DNA from: an uncultured Candidatus Saccharibacteria bacterium
GTDB taxonomy: Bacteria; Patescibacteriota; Saccharimonadia; Saccharimonadales; JAGQNJ01
Length of the DNA stretch: 64,000 nt
Reading direction: 5' to 3'
Assembly: GCA_965231045.1 (NCBI GenBank)
Contig: OZ246406.1
Coordinates: forward strand, 322,208 to 386,207
The translations under genes and the position numbers were made by a program. Under the pieces are notes generated by a model, which saw only the letters and a program-made list of their open reading frames with translations, searched no databases and was not told where the DNA came from. Below are positions 8,541 to 17,983 of the stretch, in pieces. Numbering within the stretch: position 1 is the stretch's first letter; each line of letters begins with the position of its first letter.

Positions 8541-10028
8541 CTAGGACACCATTTCGTCAATAAAAGATACTTGAGCTAAATTTCGTGCATTATGTAGCTT
8601 AAGCTCATGCTGCTCAATCCAGACAAATGGCGCATGGGCTGCTGTAGCAATCTTAAGTCCAGTCGCGACGTGACGTAAGCGGCTATTTACAACAGGGTAT
8701 CTTTCACCCAAAAACATACTAAATAGTTGTGATGCTGCCATAACATTTGTTGATATCTTGCCTGATTTAACTGATTTTGTATCAATACCACGAGCTTTAA
8801 ATGGGCCTCTAAGAAGTGTTACACCAATATCCCGGCCAATCGTGGCATAGGCATCAAGTCGGTTAATTGTACCTGAAGGCAAAAGTACCCACAGATCAGT
8901 TGCAGCCGATAACAATTTGTCATAGTTTTGGTCTTTGGCACCACCTTTTTTGGTTACACCATCTTTATGGTTTTTTGCCGCAAAGCCATCGACTGCATCG
9001 CTGGCATATCCAACGGCCACGAGCGCTTTAGCAAGTTTTTGTTTGGTTTCAGGATCTATATCCATATGGTGGATTGCAAATAAGCCTGCGGCAATTAACA
9101 CTCTACTGTTTGTTAAAGCATCGGCTGTTGTTCGACCGTGTTCATAAAGAAACTCCTTTATAGCTTGTTCTGGTGTTTCACCATACTTGGCTGCTGTTTC
9201 TTGGATTTTTTCTAACGCCACCCAAAAAGCTGGTCGCTTAATAGAATCAAGTACCTCTGGACTAAGTTCGATATCTGGCAAACCGTAACCAACAATCTTA
9301 TCTTTACCATCAGCCATATCTGGTCTTAGCTCGATTACATCTGCAAGCTTAACTGGCTCACCGCCAATCGTAATAGAATCTTGCCGAACAATTGGGTTAA
9401 GCAAAAGGTGCGCATAAATTCGTAAATTTGCTTCTAAAGGATCTCTAATAAGTTTATCGCCAATGTGGCGATTCTCACCAAACGGTCGAGTCCAAGCTCG
9501 ATGTTCTAGTCCTACGAAGTTTGCCGCCCGAATGCCTGCCGAAGCTTTATCGTCAACCATCGAAGCCTCACGTCGAATAACAGCCCTTGCTTCTTGGTTA
9601 TTCGGGTTAACGTCGTAGCCAAAATACTGAAGTCCTTTGTACAGCATAACCGGACTTGGTTTACGCTCCCTTGGATGTAATGGTGTTAGTACTATATCCG
9701 CATCTGTTTGTTCTTGCCAAGCACTCAAGAGACCACGATCCTTTTTAGTTGTAATATCAAGATTTGTGACCAATGCTAGCCGGTCAATCCCGAACTCTCG
9801 CGCCCCCTTAAGATGGTCTACATACTCCTGTACTAGTTCTTCGTTGCCGGTCTCGCCAAGACAAGCTTCGACATCGCTAAAATGCGTACGGACACCTTCT
9901 TCGGCCCATTTCTGAAAATTAATATCAGTATAGTCGTAAACGGGAGGTTCCGACGGCATAAACTCTCCGATACGATCAGTAACCCGACCCATTAATAGTG
10001 GCTTGTTCACATCGCTCATTGATAACAT
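8541..10028 (-). CDS. fusion protein: HAD-like phosphatase domain + CDP-alcohol phosphatidyltransferase-like domain
   Basis: N-terminal half has HAD motifs in order: SDVEAC, LALVTNLD, ERKPSP, MVDDKASAGIRAANFVG. C-terminal half has DAVDGFAAKNHKDGVTKKGGAKDQNYDKL (DG-x2-AK-x9-G-x3-D-x3-D) and the PgsA-like IGRDIGVTLLRG...SGKISTN. Confidence 0.55.
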   Translation of the reverse strand: MLSMSDVNKPLLMGRVTDRIGEFMPSEPPVYDYTDINFQKWAEEGVRTHFSDVEACLGETGNEELVQEYVDHLKGAREFGIDRLALVTNLDITTKKDRGLLSAWQEQTDADIVLTPLHPRERKPSPVMLYKGLQYFGYDVNPNNQEARAVIRREASMVDDKASAGIRAANFVGLEHRAWTRPFGENRHIGDKLIRDPLEANLRIYAHLLLNPIVRQDSITIGGEPVKLADVIELRPDMADGKDKIVGYGLPDIELSPEVLDSIKRPAFWVALEKIQETAAKYGETPEQAIKEFLYEHGRTTADALTNSRVLIAAGLFAIHHMDIDPETKQKLAKALVAVGYASDAVDGFAAKNHKDGVTKKGGAKDQNYDKLLSAATDLWVLLPSGTINRLDAYATIGRDIGVTLLRGPFKARGIDTKSVKSGKISTNVMAASQLFSMFLGERYPVVNSRLRHVATGLKIATAAHAPFVWIEQHELKLHNARNLAQVSFIDEMVS

Positions 10029-10057
10029 CTTACACTATGTATTGGAAGAAATGCCAA

Positions 10058-11026
10058 TTAAAGGTTTTTAGAATGGATTGTCAAAGGATGCAATCGAGCA
10101 TTTTGCTGTAGGATACCGGCTTTGGCGCCGATCTTGCCAACCACACCTGTTGAATTAGCGCTTCCAAAAGTAATAGCTTTTTCAATCGATTCACCCTTAG
10201 CGGCCATGGCTACAAAACCACTATTAAAAGCATCGCCAGCGCCCGTTCTATCAATTACTGGGACATCTTCGTACATACCAGCTTTATATAGTTTTTGATC
10301 GTAGGCGGCGATAACGCCATGTGGGCCATCGGTGCCAACAACGCAAGGTACGTGCTCGCTGGCTTTTATAACTACTTCCTCCAACGTACCATTTCCAAAG
10401 AGCATTTGAAGTTCATCTTTGTTGAGGCACAGAATATTAAAACTCGGCAGCAATTTCTTAAGCTCACTAGCCTGCTTGAGCTCACCTTTGCCAGGGTTAA
10501 TTGCCACCTCAATCTTGTGAGCTTTAGCATACTCAACAATAACTTTTAGGGCATCAAGATTTCCCCCTAAAGATGAAATATAGAACCAATCAGCTTTCAT
10601 GCCGTGAAAATCAGACTCGTGAAGTGTAAATTTTGTAGATGCGCCCCTATAGGTTAAGATTGTCCGCTCGCCACTGGGGGCTAATAGTAGGACTGAATAT
10701 CCGGTGCCGGTATCTTTCTGAGTCTTAACTAATGAAGTATCGACTCCTTCTTTGTGCAAGTCATCTAGTACGGCTTGGCCGGCAACATCGTTGCCAATAT
10801 GGCCCATGTAAAGACTATGCAAGCCTTGGCGGGCAAAAGTTACAGCGGCGTTTGTTCCACCCCCACCGGTACTAAAGACTACATTTTCAACATCGTTTTT
10901 ACTGCCCAACTCGAACTCTTCGACAAGTTCGCCGTCATCCTCTCGGTGTGGTCTGAAAATATTACTTTGCAAAAACACATCTTGCACACCAGCACCAATT
11001 GCAATTACTTTTGGGGTATTACTCAT
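10058..11026 (-). CDS. PfkB-family carbohydrate kinase
   Basis: GGGGTNAA di-Gly motif and DRTGAGDAFNSGF (DxxGAGD) ATP/anion-hole motif. 322 aa. Substrate not deducible. Confidence 0.85.
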   Translation of the reverse strand: MSNTPKVIAIGAGVQDVFLQSNIFRPHREDDGELVEEFELGSKNDVENVVFSTGGGGTNAAVTFARQGLHSLYMGHIGNDVAGQAVLDDLHKEGVDTSLVKTQKDTGTGYSVLLLAPSGERTILTYRGASTKFTLHESDFHGMKADWFYISSLGGNLDALKVIVEYAKAHKIEVAINPGKGELKQASELKKLLPSFNILCLNKDELQMLFGNGTLEEVVIKASEHVPCVVGTDGPHGVIAAYDQKLYKAGMYEDVPVIDRTGAGDAFNSGFVAMAAKGESIEKAITFGSANSTGVVGKIGAKAGILQQNARLHPLTIHSKNL

Positions 11027-11032
11027 TGACTG

Positions 11033-11944
11033 TTACGGCCTTGCTTTGCCCTCGGCATTAAACATATCAATTTTGCTTTCGACAACTTTTTGAACCTCTG
11101 TAATAACCGTGCCCATAAGTTTGACCACCGCAAATTCGGTTTTGTTCTCTGCCAATACCTTCTCAAGCGTATGCCGGTAGGCATAGCGCATGTCAGAGTT
11201 TATGTTTATCTTGCTGACACCAATTTTGACGGCTTCTTCAAAATAATGCCCGGGCGTATCCGATCCACCGTGCAGACTTATATTACAGTCAATGGCTTCT
11301 CGAATTTCTTTTAGGAGTTTTAGGTCCAGATGTTTTGGCACTGGATACTTGCCATGAAGATTGCCAATGGCCGCTGCAAAGGTATCAATTCCAGTTGCTT
11401 GTACAAAATGTCGTGCTCCTTCTGGTGTGCTGAAGGTTTTCTTAATTTCTTCGTAATCAATCTTTTTTGTGAAGACATTTGATCCACCACCAAAGTAATG
11501 TGGCTCGCTCTCAACTAAGGCACCAGTCAATTTAGCATAATCAACAACTTCGTGGGTGGCTTTTATGATCTGTTCATCTGTTGCATCATGGTTGGCCTGG
11601 CTAATATCAATATGAATAAACTCAAAACCGGCCTCAATACCATCACACGCATCTTCGACACTTGGACTGTGATCCAAATTGATATACATCTCAATGCCAT
11701 ACTGTGCTTTGTAGTTATCAACCATGTCTCGGACGTTATCAAGACCCATAGCATCAACTTCACCCTTACTGACCTCTACAAGTACAGGTGCGTTTTTGGC
11801 CTTTGCTGCCCGACAAACTGCAACTAAGGTTTCTTGGTTATCGAGATTAAAAGCACCTACTGCAAAGTGTTCAGCTCGTGATCTTGCCATGAGCTCGCGA
11901 GCTTTTTGGCAATTATCCCTCATTTGTCTAAGCGTTAGCGGCAT
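11033..11944 (-). CDS. fba: class II fructose-bisphosphate aldolase
   Basis: Zn-ligand blocks NLDHS, IHIDIS, GNLHGKY, SLHGGSD. Confidence 0.9.
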   Translation of the reverse strand: MPLTLRQMRDNCQKARELMARSRAEHFAVGAFNLDNQETLVAVCRAAKAKNAPVLVEVSKGEVDAMGLDNVRDMVDNYKAQYGIEMYINLDHSPSVEDACDGIEAGFEFIHIDISQANHDATDEQIIKATHEVVDYAKLTGALVESEPHYFGGGSNVFTKKIDYEEIKKTFSTPEGARHFVQATGIDTFAAAIGNLHGKYPVPKHLDLKLLKEIREAIDCNISLHGGSDTPGHYFEEAVKIGVSKININSDMRYAYRHTLEKVLAENKTEFAVVKLMGTVITEVQKVVESKIDMFNAEGKARP

Positions 11945-11949
11945 GAGTT

Positions 11950-12921
11950 TTATTTTACCTCAAATACATCATGAGCGGCAGCCATAATATGTTTATAGGT
12001 TAAACCAAAGTGTTCGAGTAACTGTTCCGGATCACCAGATTCACCAAAATGATCTTTAACACCAACTCGTCTCATAGGCACCGGATGATTTTCACTCAAA
12101 AGTTCAGCCACGGCGCTACCGAGCCCCCCATTTATCTGATGTTCTTCAACCGTGACTACTGCGCCAGTCTTTTTAGCACTCTGTAAAATTGTCACGCCAT
12201 CAAGCGGTTTGATTGTTGGGCAATTAATAACTTCTGCATCAATTCCAGACTTATACAAATGTTCAGCCGCCTGTAGTGCCGGATAAACCATTGTGCCTGT
12301 GGCGATTATAGTAACGTCCGTTCCCTTATCGAAAACTTGGGCTTTACCAATCTCAAAAGGCGTATCAGGAGTTGTAAAAACTGGTGTAGCTTCACGTGTT
12401 AAACGAATATAGTTTGGCCGCTTGTCTTTGGCCATGGCCAGAGTTGCCTTTTCAGCCTCAAGAGCATCACACGGAACAATGACAACCATATTTGGCAGAG
12501 CTCTCATAAGTGCTAAATCCTCTAGCATTTGATGGGTTGCACCATCTTTTCCGGTGTACAAGCCGGCGTGGGAACCAACAATTTTTACTGGTCGATCATT
12601 CAAACACACTGTTGTGCGAATCTGCTCCCAGTTTCGCCCCGGACTAAAGGCGGCATAACTACTTACAAAAGGTATTTTATCCATAGCTGCCAGACCAGCA
12701 CCCACAGTAACCAAGTTTTGTTCAGCAACGCCAATCTCAACAAATCGCTCGGGAAAAACTTTGGCAAAATCGCCCATTTTTGTAGAATCTGTTAGATCAG
12801 CACAAGCAGCTACTACACGCTCATCAATTTGACCAGCTTTAAGTAAGCCTCGACCAAACCCGGCTCTAATTGGGTCTGTAGCAATATCTTTGGCAAAGAG
12901 GTCATCAATAACTAAATTCAT
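11950..12921 (-). CDS. tkt: transketolase, C-terminal (pyrimidine-binding) subunit
   Basis: GVAEQNLV and GATHQMLEDLALMRALPN. Overlaps the N-terminal subunit gene by 4 nt. Confidence 0.92.
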   Translation of the reverse strand: MNLVIDDLFAKDIATDPIRAGFGRGLLKAGQIDERVVAACADLTDSTKMGDFAKVFPERFVEIGVAEQNLVTVGAGLAAMDKIPFVSSYAAFSPGRNWEQIRTTVCLNDRPVKIVGSHAGLYTGKDGATHQMLEDLALMRALPNMVVIVPCDALEAEKATLAMAKDKRPNYIRLTREATPVFTTPDTPFEIGKAQVFDKGTDVTIIATGTMVYPALQAAEHLYKSGIDAEVINCPTIKPLDGVTILQSAKKTGAVVTVEEHQINGGLGSAVAELLSENHPVPMRRVGVKDHFGESGDPEQLLEHFGLTYKHIMAAAHDVFEVK

Positions 12922-13778
12922 TCATGCTCTCCTTTGATTTTGCCTCTCAGGGTTCGAAGTTCGTGAAGAGCTTGTTTGGCCTGCTCCTTATTTGGGGGAG
13001 CACCGTGCCAATGAAAATCATATTCCATAAAATCAACACCCATGCCTGGTATGGTATGAGCAATAATCATGACAGGCTTCTCAACAACCGCTCTGGCCAT
13101 GGCGCAGGCGTCAATTATAGCCTCCATATTATTGCCATCAATTTCAATAACGTGCCAGCCAAAGGCCGTCCATTTATTCTTAAGGTCTTCGAGCGGCATT
13201 ACTGATTCGGTTGGGCCATCTATCTGGATGTTATTGCGGTCAATTATGCCGATAACATTGTTTAGCCTGTACTTGCTCGCCAGCATAGCAGCTTCCCATA
13301 TATTGCCTTCATCTAGCTCGCCATCACCCATAACAACGTAAACCCAACGATGCAATTCTTTATCCATACGCATAGCAAGAGCCATGCCACAAGCCTGACT
13401 AAGGCCACAGCCCAAAGGCCCACTGGTAGTTTCCAAACCAGGTAGCTTAAGGCGTTCCGGGTGTCCTTGGAGACGAGACCCAAACTCACGAAGTGTAAGT
13501 AGCTCTTTTTTATCAAAGTACCCAGCATGAGCCATAGTTGCATAGCGAACCGGGGCGCAGTGACCGTTACTAAGCAGAAGGATGTCCCTTTGGTTCCAAT
13601 CAGGCTTCATAGGATCGTGTTTCAAGATATCAAAGTATAAAGCCGTAAAGATATCTGCCAAACCAAGAGGTCCAGCACTATGGCCGCTACCAGCATGTAC
13701 CAGCATTTTTATGATGTCTTGCCGTATTTCATTGCTCTTCAGCTCGAGCTCTTCGATCGTGTATGTTTTTTTACCCAT
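12918..13778 (-). CDS. tkt: transketolase, N-terminal (TPP-binding) subunit
   Basis: GSGHSAGPLG and GDGELDEGNIWEA TPP motif. Confidence 0.92.
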   Translation of the reverse strand: MGKKTYTIEELELKSNEIRQDIIKMLVHAGSGHSAGPLGLADIFTALYFDILKHDPMKPDWNQRDILLLSNGHCAPVRYATMAHAGYFDKKELLTLREFGSRLQGHPERLKLPGLETTSGPLGCGLSQACGMALAMRMDKELHRWVYVVMGDGELDEGNIWEAAMLASKYRLNNVIGIIDRNNIQIDGPTESVMPLEDLKNKWTAFGWHVIEIDGNNMEAIIDACAMARAVVEKPVMIIAHTIPGMGVDFMEYDFHWHGAPPNKEQAKQALHELRTLRGKIKGEHE

Positions 13779-13801
13779 AAAATAAGCTTCCCGCTTTTGC
13801 T

Positions 13802-14431
13802 TTAGTTTAGCAGATTCTCGAGAATCTCGTAACGTTCCTTTGGATTTTCAGCACGTTGAATGTAGCCCCCTACATTGAGCACATCAACACCGGCATCAAT
13901 TAACTGTTTTACATTTGAGTCATTAATGCCGCCGTCCCATCCTACTTCAATACCTGGCTTAAGCTCTTTAGCCCGGCGAACTTTTTCGAGTAGAGCAACG
14001 TCTAGACTACCTCCAAAGTGCCCCAAGTCACCACTAAAAACAAGTAAGTGATCGGCGTGCTCAAGAGCTGGCTTTATTACATCAACTGGTGTTTTGGCGA
14101 GCAGTGCAACCCCAGCTTTTATTCCAGCTTCGTGAAGTTTCTGGGCAATAACCACAAAGTTTCCTTTGGCCTCGGCGTGCACAATTACCAAACTAGGTTT
14201 TATACGAATAATGGCATCCAACTCGTGTTCAGGGTTTTCGTGCATAACATGAAGGTCGGCCTGTAACTTTTCGGGCCACCATGCGTGAGCAATACTTGGT
14301 GACTTGGTTGGGGCAAATTTACCATCCATAAAATCAAGATGAACTCGTTTTATAAAAGGGGCCACCCGCTCCATTTGTTCTCTATATTGATGAGTATTCA
14401 ATGCCGTTACAGTTGGGCAAATAGTAGCCAT
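13802..14431 (-). CDS. rpe: ribulose-phosphate 3-epimerase-like barrel
   Basis: HLDFMDGKFAP, HVMHE, VHAEA and WDGGIN fit the Rpe metal/phosphate motifs. Operon context with rpiB/tkt. Confidence 0.72.
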   Translation of the reverse strand: MATICPTVTALNTHQYREQMERVAPFIKRVHLDFMDGKFAPTKSPSIAHAWWPEKLQADLHVMHENPEHELDAIIRIKPSLVIVHAEAKGNFVVIAQKLHEAGIKAGVALLAKTPVDVIKPALEHADHLLVFSGDLGHFGGSLDVALLEKVRRAKELKPGIEVGWDGGINDSNVKQLIDAGVDVLNVGGYIQRAENPKERYEILENLLN

Positions 14432-14441
14432 ATGCTTATTC

Positions 14442-14882
14442 CTAACTCAGTTCGTCGAGTTGTTTTATGCGTCTTAAGAATCTGGATGCACCAGCAAAGG
14501 GAGTTTCTAGCCAGGTGTCAACCAATTGTTTAGCTGTTTCAAAGTCTAGTTTTCGGGCTGGTAAGCAAATTATATTTGAATCGTCATCGTTACGAGACGA
14601 ATGGGCTTCATCTTGATCCCAGACCAAACTAGCGCGGACGCCTTTATATCTATTTGCCGCCATACAAACGCCTTGGCCACTTCCGCAAAGCAATATGCCC
14701 TTGCTAGTATCATCAGCTACTATTTCGCTAGCAACCTTGGCAGCATATACTGGAAAATCATCATCTGATTTAAGCTCATCATCGCCTTTATCAATAACTT
14801 CACGTCCTTTTGACTTTAAGTATTCCTCAAGCTTTTCCTTGAGTTCAAAGCCATTATGATCAGCGCCAATAAAAATTTTCAT
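14442..14882 (-). CDS. rpiB: ribose-5-phosphate isomerase B
   Basis: MKIFIGADHNGFELKEKL and LLCGSGQGVCMAANR (catalytic Cys loop). Confidence 0.92.
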   Translation of the reverse strand: MKIFIGADHNGFELKEKLEEYLKSKGREVIDKGDDELKSDDDFPVYAAKVASEIVADDTSKGILLCGSGQGVCMAANRYKGVRASLVWDQDEAHSSRNDDDSNIICLPARKLDFETAKQLVDTWLETPFAGASRFLRRIKQLDELS

Positions 14883-14885
14883 ACT

Positions 14886-15926
14886 TTATTCGTGATGACC
14901 GGTGTGGTCTTCTTTTTCGTGCAGAATTTTGCCCATGTCGGCAACCATTTCAACAAGTCGATTGCTATAGCCCCATTCATTGTCATACCATACGACAACT
15001 TTGGCCATGTTGCCTCCGACAACATTTGTTAGCAACAAATCAACAATTCCCGAGTGACTATTCCCAATGTAATCACTACTTACTAGGGGTTCGTCACTGA
15101 CATCAATAACACCTTGGAAATATGGTTCTTTGACGGCCTTTTTAAACACATCATTAATCTCATCAACTGTTACATCTTTTTTGAGCAGTAGTGTTATGTC
15201 GCTGAGTGAAACAACTGGAGTTGGTACCCGAACGCTCATGCCATCAAACTTATCTTTTAGCTGCGGCAGTGTTAATGTAACCGCAATGGCTGCGCCAGTA
15301 GTAGTCGGGACGATGTTCTCAGCCGCTGCTCGTGATTCTCGCATATCCTTAGCTGGCCCATCCTGTAACGCTTGACTAGCAGTATAGCTGTGAACAGTGG
15401 TAAGCATGGCTTTCTCCACGCCAAAGGTGCTATCCATAATGGCCATGACCGCTGATAACGAATTCGTTGTACATGAAGCATTACTAACAATATCACCGGC
15501 TCCCTCAAGCTTGTCGTCGTTCGCTCCGATTACAATAGTTTCGACACCTTCACTCTTAGTAGGAGCCGATATAACTACCTTTTTAGCACCTGCGGTAAGA
15601 TGCATACTGGCATCTTCTTTTTTCGTGAATCGTCCCGTTGACTCAATTACAACATCAACTTTGAGTTCCTTCCAAGGTAGCTGTGTAGGGTCTTTTTCGG
15701 CCGTAACTTGGATTTTTTCACCATCAACAATCAAATGCGTATCATCAAAATCAACTTTTTTGTCGTAATTACCGTAGTTGCTGTCGTGCTTCAGTAAATA
15801 TGCAAGCGTCTTAGTATCTGTTAAGTCATTAATTGCAACCACATCAATATCTTTCCGATCAATTGCAATCTTAAAGGCATTTCGGCCGATTCTACCAAAA
15901 CCGTTAATTGCCACCCGAGTTTTCAT
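14886..15926 (-). CDS. gap: type I glyceraldehyde-3-phosphate dehydrogenase
   Basis: INGFGRIGRN NAD fold and SNASCTTNS active site. Confidence 0.96.
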   Translation of the reverse strand: MKTRVAINGFGRIGRNAFKIAIDRKDIDVVAINDLTDTKTLAYLLKHDSNYGNYDKKVDFDDTHLIVDGEKIQVTAEKDPTQLPWKELKVDVVIESTGRFTKKEDASMHLTAGAKKVVISAPTKSEGVETIVIGANDDKLEGAGDIVSNASCTTNSLSAVMAIMDSTFGVEKAMLTTVHSYTASQALQDGPAKDMRESRAAAENIVPTTTGAAIAVTLTLPQLKDKFDGMSVRVPTPVVSLSDITLLLKKDVTVDEINDVFKKAVKEPYFQGVIDVSDEPLVSSDYIGNSHSGIVDLLLTNVVGGNMAKVVVWYDNEWGYSNRLVEMVADMGKILHEKEDHTGHHE

Positions 15927-15954
15927 TTTAAAAATACCCCCTTATTCAGGAGGT

Positions 15955-15963
15955 ATTGTACCA
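15955..15963 (-). promoter_or_regulatory. extended -10 element TGGTACAAT for the gap operon
   Basis: The reverse complement of attgtacca lies in the 52-bp gap. AAGGGG SD at 15937-15942, 10 nt before the ATG at 15926. Confidence 0.5.
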
Positions 15964-15978
15964 TAATCGCTTATGTTT

Positions 15979-16320
15979 TTAAGAAATATTGCCAGATTCT
16001 TCAACGACAACACGGGCAGTAGCAGCACCATCAACTTTTGAAAACAAATCGTCAAATTCTTCAGAGGTAAGTCCATATGCTGCAACTACATCGAAATTAG
16101 CTTCACTAAGCAAGCCCATTGCACCGACTAATTTATACAAATCTTCATCAGAAGTTGCCTGGATTACGTTTTCAGCAGAATCTGCGGCACGTACGTCTAA
16201 AACCAAGCCTGCAACACGAGTTGCGGCCGATAAACGAGCCCTAACCTCACGCTGATGTTCCTTAGCTTCTTCTATCGTAGGTTGCACAGGATCTAGATCA
16301 AACATACATATATTATACAA
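15979..16320 (-). CDS. hypothetical acidic protein (113 aa)
   Basis: ORF only. The alternative start MFDLD at 16305 is possible. No motif. Confidence 0.45.
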   Translation of the reverse strand: MYNICMFDLDPVQPTIEEAKEHQREVRARLSAATRVAGLVLDVRAADSAENVIQATSDEDLYKLVGAMGLLSEANFDVVAAYGLTSEEFDDLFSKVDGAATARVVVEESGNIS

Positions 16321-16332
16321 CCACTGTGGAGT

Positions 16333-16758
16333 TTACGCAAGTAGGTGATTCGCTTCTAGGTGTTCAAATAACTCTTTGTGCAAAGGATATTCAAACTCTT
16401 TTAGAGCCTCATCAAGTGTCATCCACTTGTATTCATTATGCTCGTCACTTATCTTTACATCGTTTGATTCTGTATGGCCAACAAAAAATAGCCATAAGAC
16501 ATTTAATTTTTCGTCTTTGGGCTGCTTGATTGCGTGACTAGTATATATGAGGTCAAGTTCTTTTGGATCGATAGTTACACCGGCCTCTTCTTCAGTCTCA
16601 CGTGTTGTGGCCTCAGCAAAGTTCTCGCCTTCCTCAGCCCAGCCACCGGGGATGTCCCACTGCAGCGGACGACGGTCATCTGTTTCACTACGGCGAAGAG
16701 CTAATAGCTTACCTTCTCCGTTCAAGATAACAGCTTTGCAAACAACTACAGTTCTCAT
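16333..16758 (-). CDS. NUDIX hydrolase
   Basis: Nudix box GGWAEEGENFAEATTRETEEEAGV. Confidence 0.88.
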   Translation of the reverse strand: MRTVVVCKAVILNGEGKLLALRRSETDDRRPLQWDIPGGWAEEGENFAEATTRETEEEAGVTIDPKELDLIYTSHAIKQPKDEKLNVLWLFFVGHTESNDVKISDEHNEYKWMTLDEALKEFEYPLHKELFEHLEANHLLA

Positions 16759-16761
16759 TGC

Positions 16762-17286
16762 TTACTTCTTTGCACGCGCAATTGAATCTTCAATAACCTT
16801 GTGTGCATCTTCAGCGCTTCCCCATCCCTTTAGTTTAGCGCTAACACCCTGCCAGTTTTTCTTCCAGTCTTTGTAGTGTGAATAGAAGTGCTCGATATTC
16901 TTTTTGAATGCTTCGCCTAGATCATCAAGTGACTCTATGTGATCTTTGCTAATGTCATCAGCTGGCACACAAATGAGTTTTTCATCCATTTCACCATCGT
17001 CTTCAAAGTAAAGAACACCAACGGGTCGGGCTGAGACTACAACACCATGCGGCAATGACTCGTCAATAATAACTAGTGCATCAAGTGGGTCCCCATCTTC
17101 ACAAAGCGTGTCTGGCACATAGCCATAATCTGTTGGGTAGCCAAGTAATGTACCGTTAACACGATCCAAAAATAGGCGCCCAGTGTCTTTATCCATTTCA
17201 ATTTTATTTCGAGATCCTTTTTGAATCTCAATAATAACGTTTACAACCTTTGGTGCATCATCACCATAACTCACATATTGTGCCAT
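16762..17286 (-). CDS. ppa: family I inorganic pyrophosphatase
   Basis: DYGYVPDT and DGDPLDALV motifs. 174 aa. Confidence 0.93.
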   Translation of the reverse strand: MAQYVSYGDDAPKVVNVIIEIQKGSRNKIEMDKDTGRLFLDRVNGTLLGYPTDYGYVPDTLCEDGDPLDALVIIDESLPHGVVVSARPVGVLYFEDDGEMDEKLICVPADDISKDHIESLDDLGEAFKKNIEHFYSHYKDWKKNWQGVSAKLKGWGSAEDAHKVIEDSIARAKK

Positions 17287-17316
17287 TTTTTACTCCTAGT
17301 TACTTCAATCATATTG

Positions 17317-17322
17317 TACACT
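17317..17322 (+). promoter_or_regulatory. -10-like TACACT 7 nt before the ATG (leaderless-type promoter)
   Basis: TACACT-acctctt-ATG(17330). No SD in between. Confidence 0.45.
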
Positions 17323-17329
17323 ACCTCTT

Positions 17330-17983
17330 ATGATAATAGGTCACCGCGGTGCTGGCAAATTAGCACCCGAAAATAGTTTAGAAGGTTTTAAAAAAGCTAA
17401 ACAACTTGGGCTGCTATGTGTTGAATTTGATATCCAACTTACAAAAGATAAAAAGTTTGTACTACACCATGATGGGCACTTCACTCACAATGATAAAAAG
17501 ATTGAAATAAGCCAGCATACACAAAAGGATCTCTCTAAAATGGGGTTGCCTACCCTAGAACAAGCTTTAAGGGCTAATAAAGACTGTATTTCGATGATTG
17601 ATATCAAAGTCTGGGACTCATCACAGTATTTGCTTCCTCAACTTAAGGGTAAAAACCAAGTTATTCGTTTTACAGGCTCAAACCTGCCAGATATTAAGTA
17701 TTGTAAGCAAAATGCACCTGACATTTTTGCGTATATAAGTGAAAATAAAAACCCTTTCCGGGCTGTTCGACGAGCTGATCGTATTATAGCAGACGGTATA
17801 TCCCTAAAATGGTTTTTGGTTAACCCAATAACCTACCGCCAGTGCAAACGCCGAGGCCTGGAAATAGCTCTGTACACTGTAAATATCCGTTTATTAGGCA
17901 AATACCTTAGTTGGCTCTACCCTCAGATTTCATTGTGTACTGATCGACCCGAAAGATTTATTGGCAAGCGATACAATTGGTAA
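17330..17983 (+). CDS. glycerophosphodiester phosphodiesterase family protein
   Basis: IGHRGAGKLAPENS...VEFDIQLTKDKKFVLHHD (GDPD catalytic His/Glu/Asp pattern). Confidence 0.82.
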   Translation: MIIGHRGAGKLAPENSLEGFKKAKQLGLLCVEFDIQLTKDKKFVLHHDGHFTHNDKKIEISQHTQKDLSKMGLPTLEQALRANKDCISMIDIKVWDSSQYLLPQLKGKNQVIRFTGSNLPDIKYCKQNAPDIFAYISENKNPFRAVRRADRIIADGISLKWFLVNPITYRQCKRRGLEIALYTVNIRLLGKYLSWLYPQISLCTDRPERFIGKRYNW

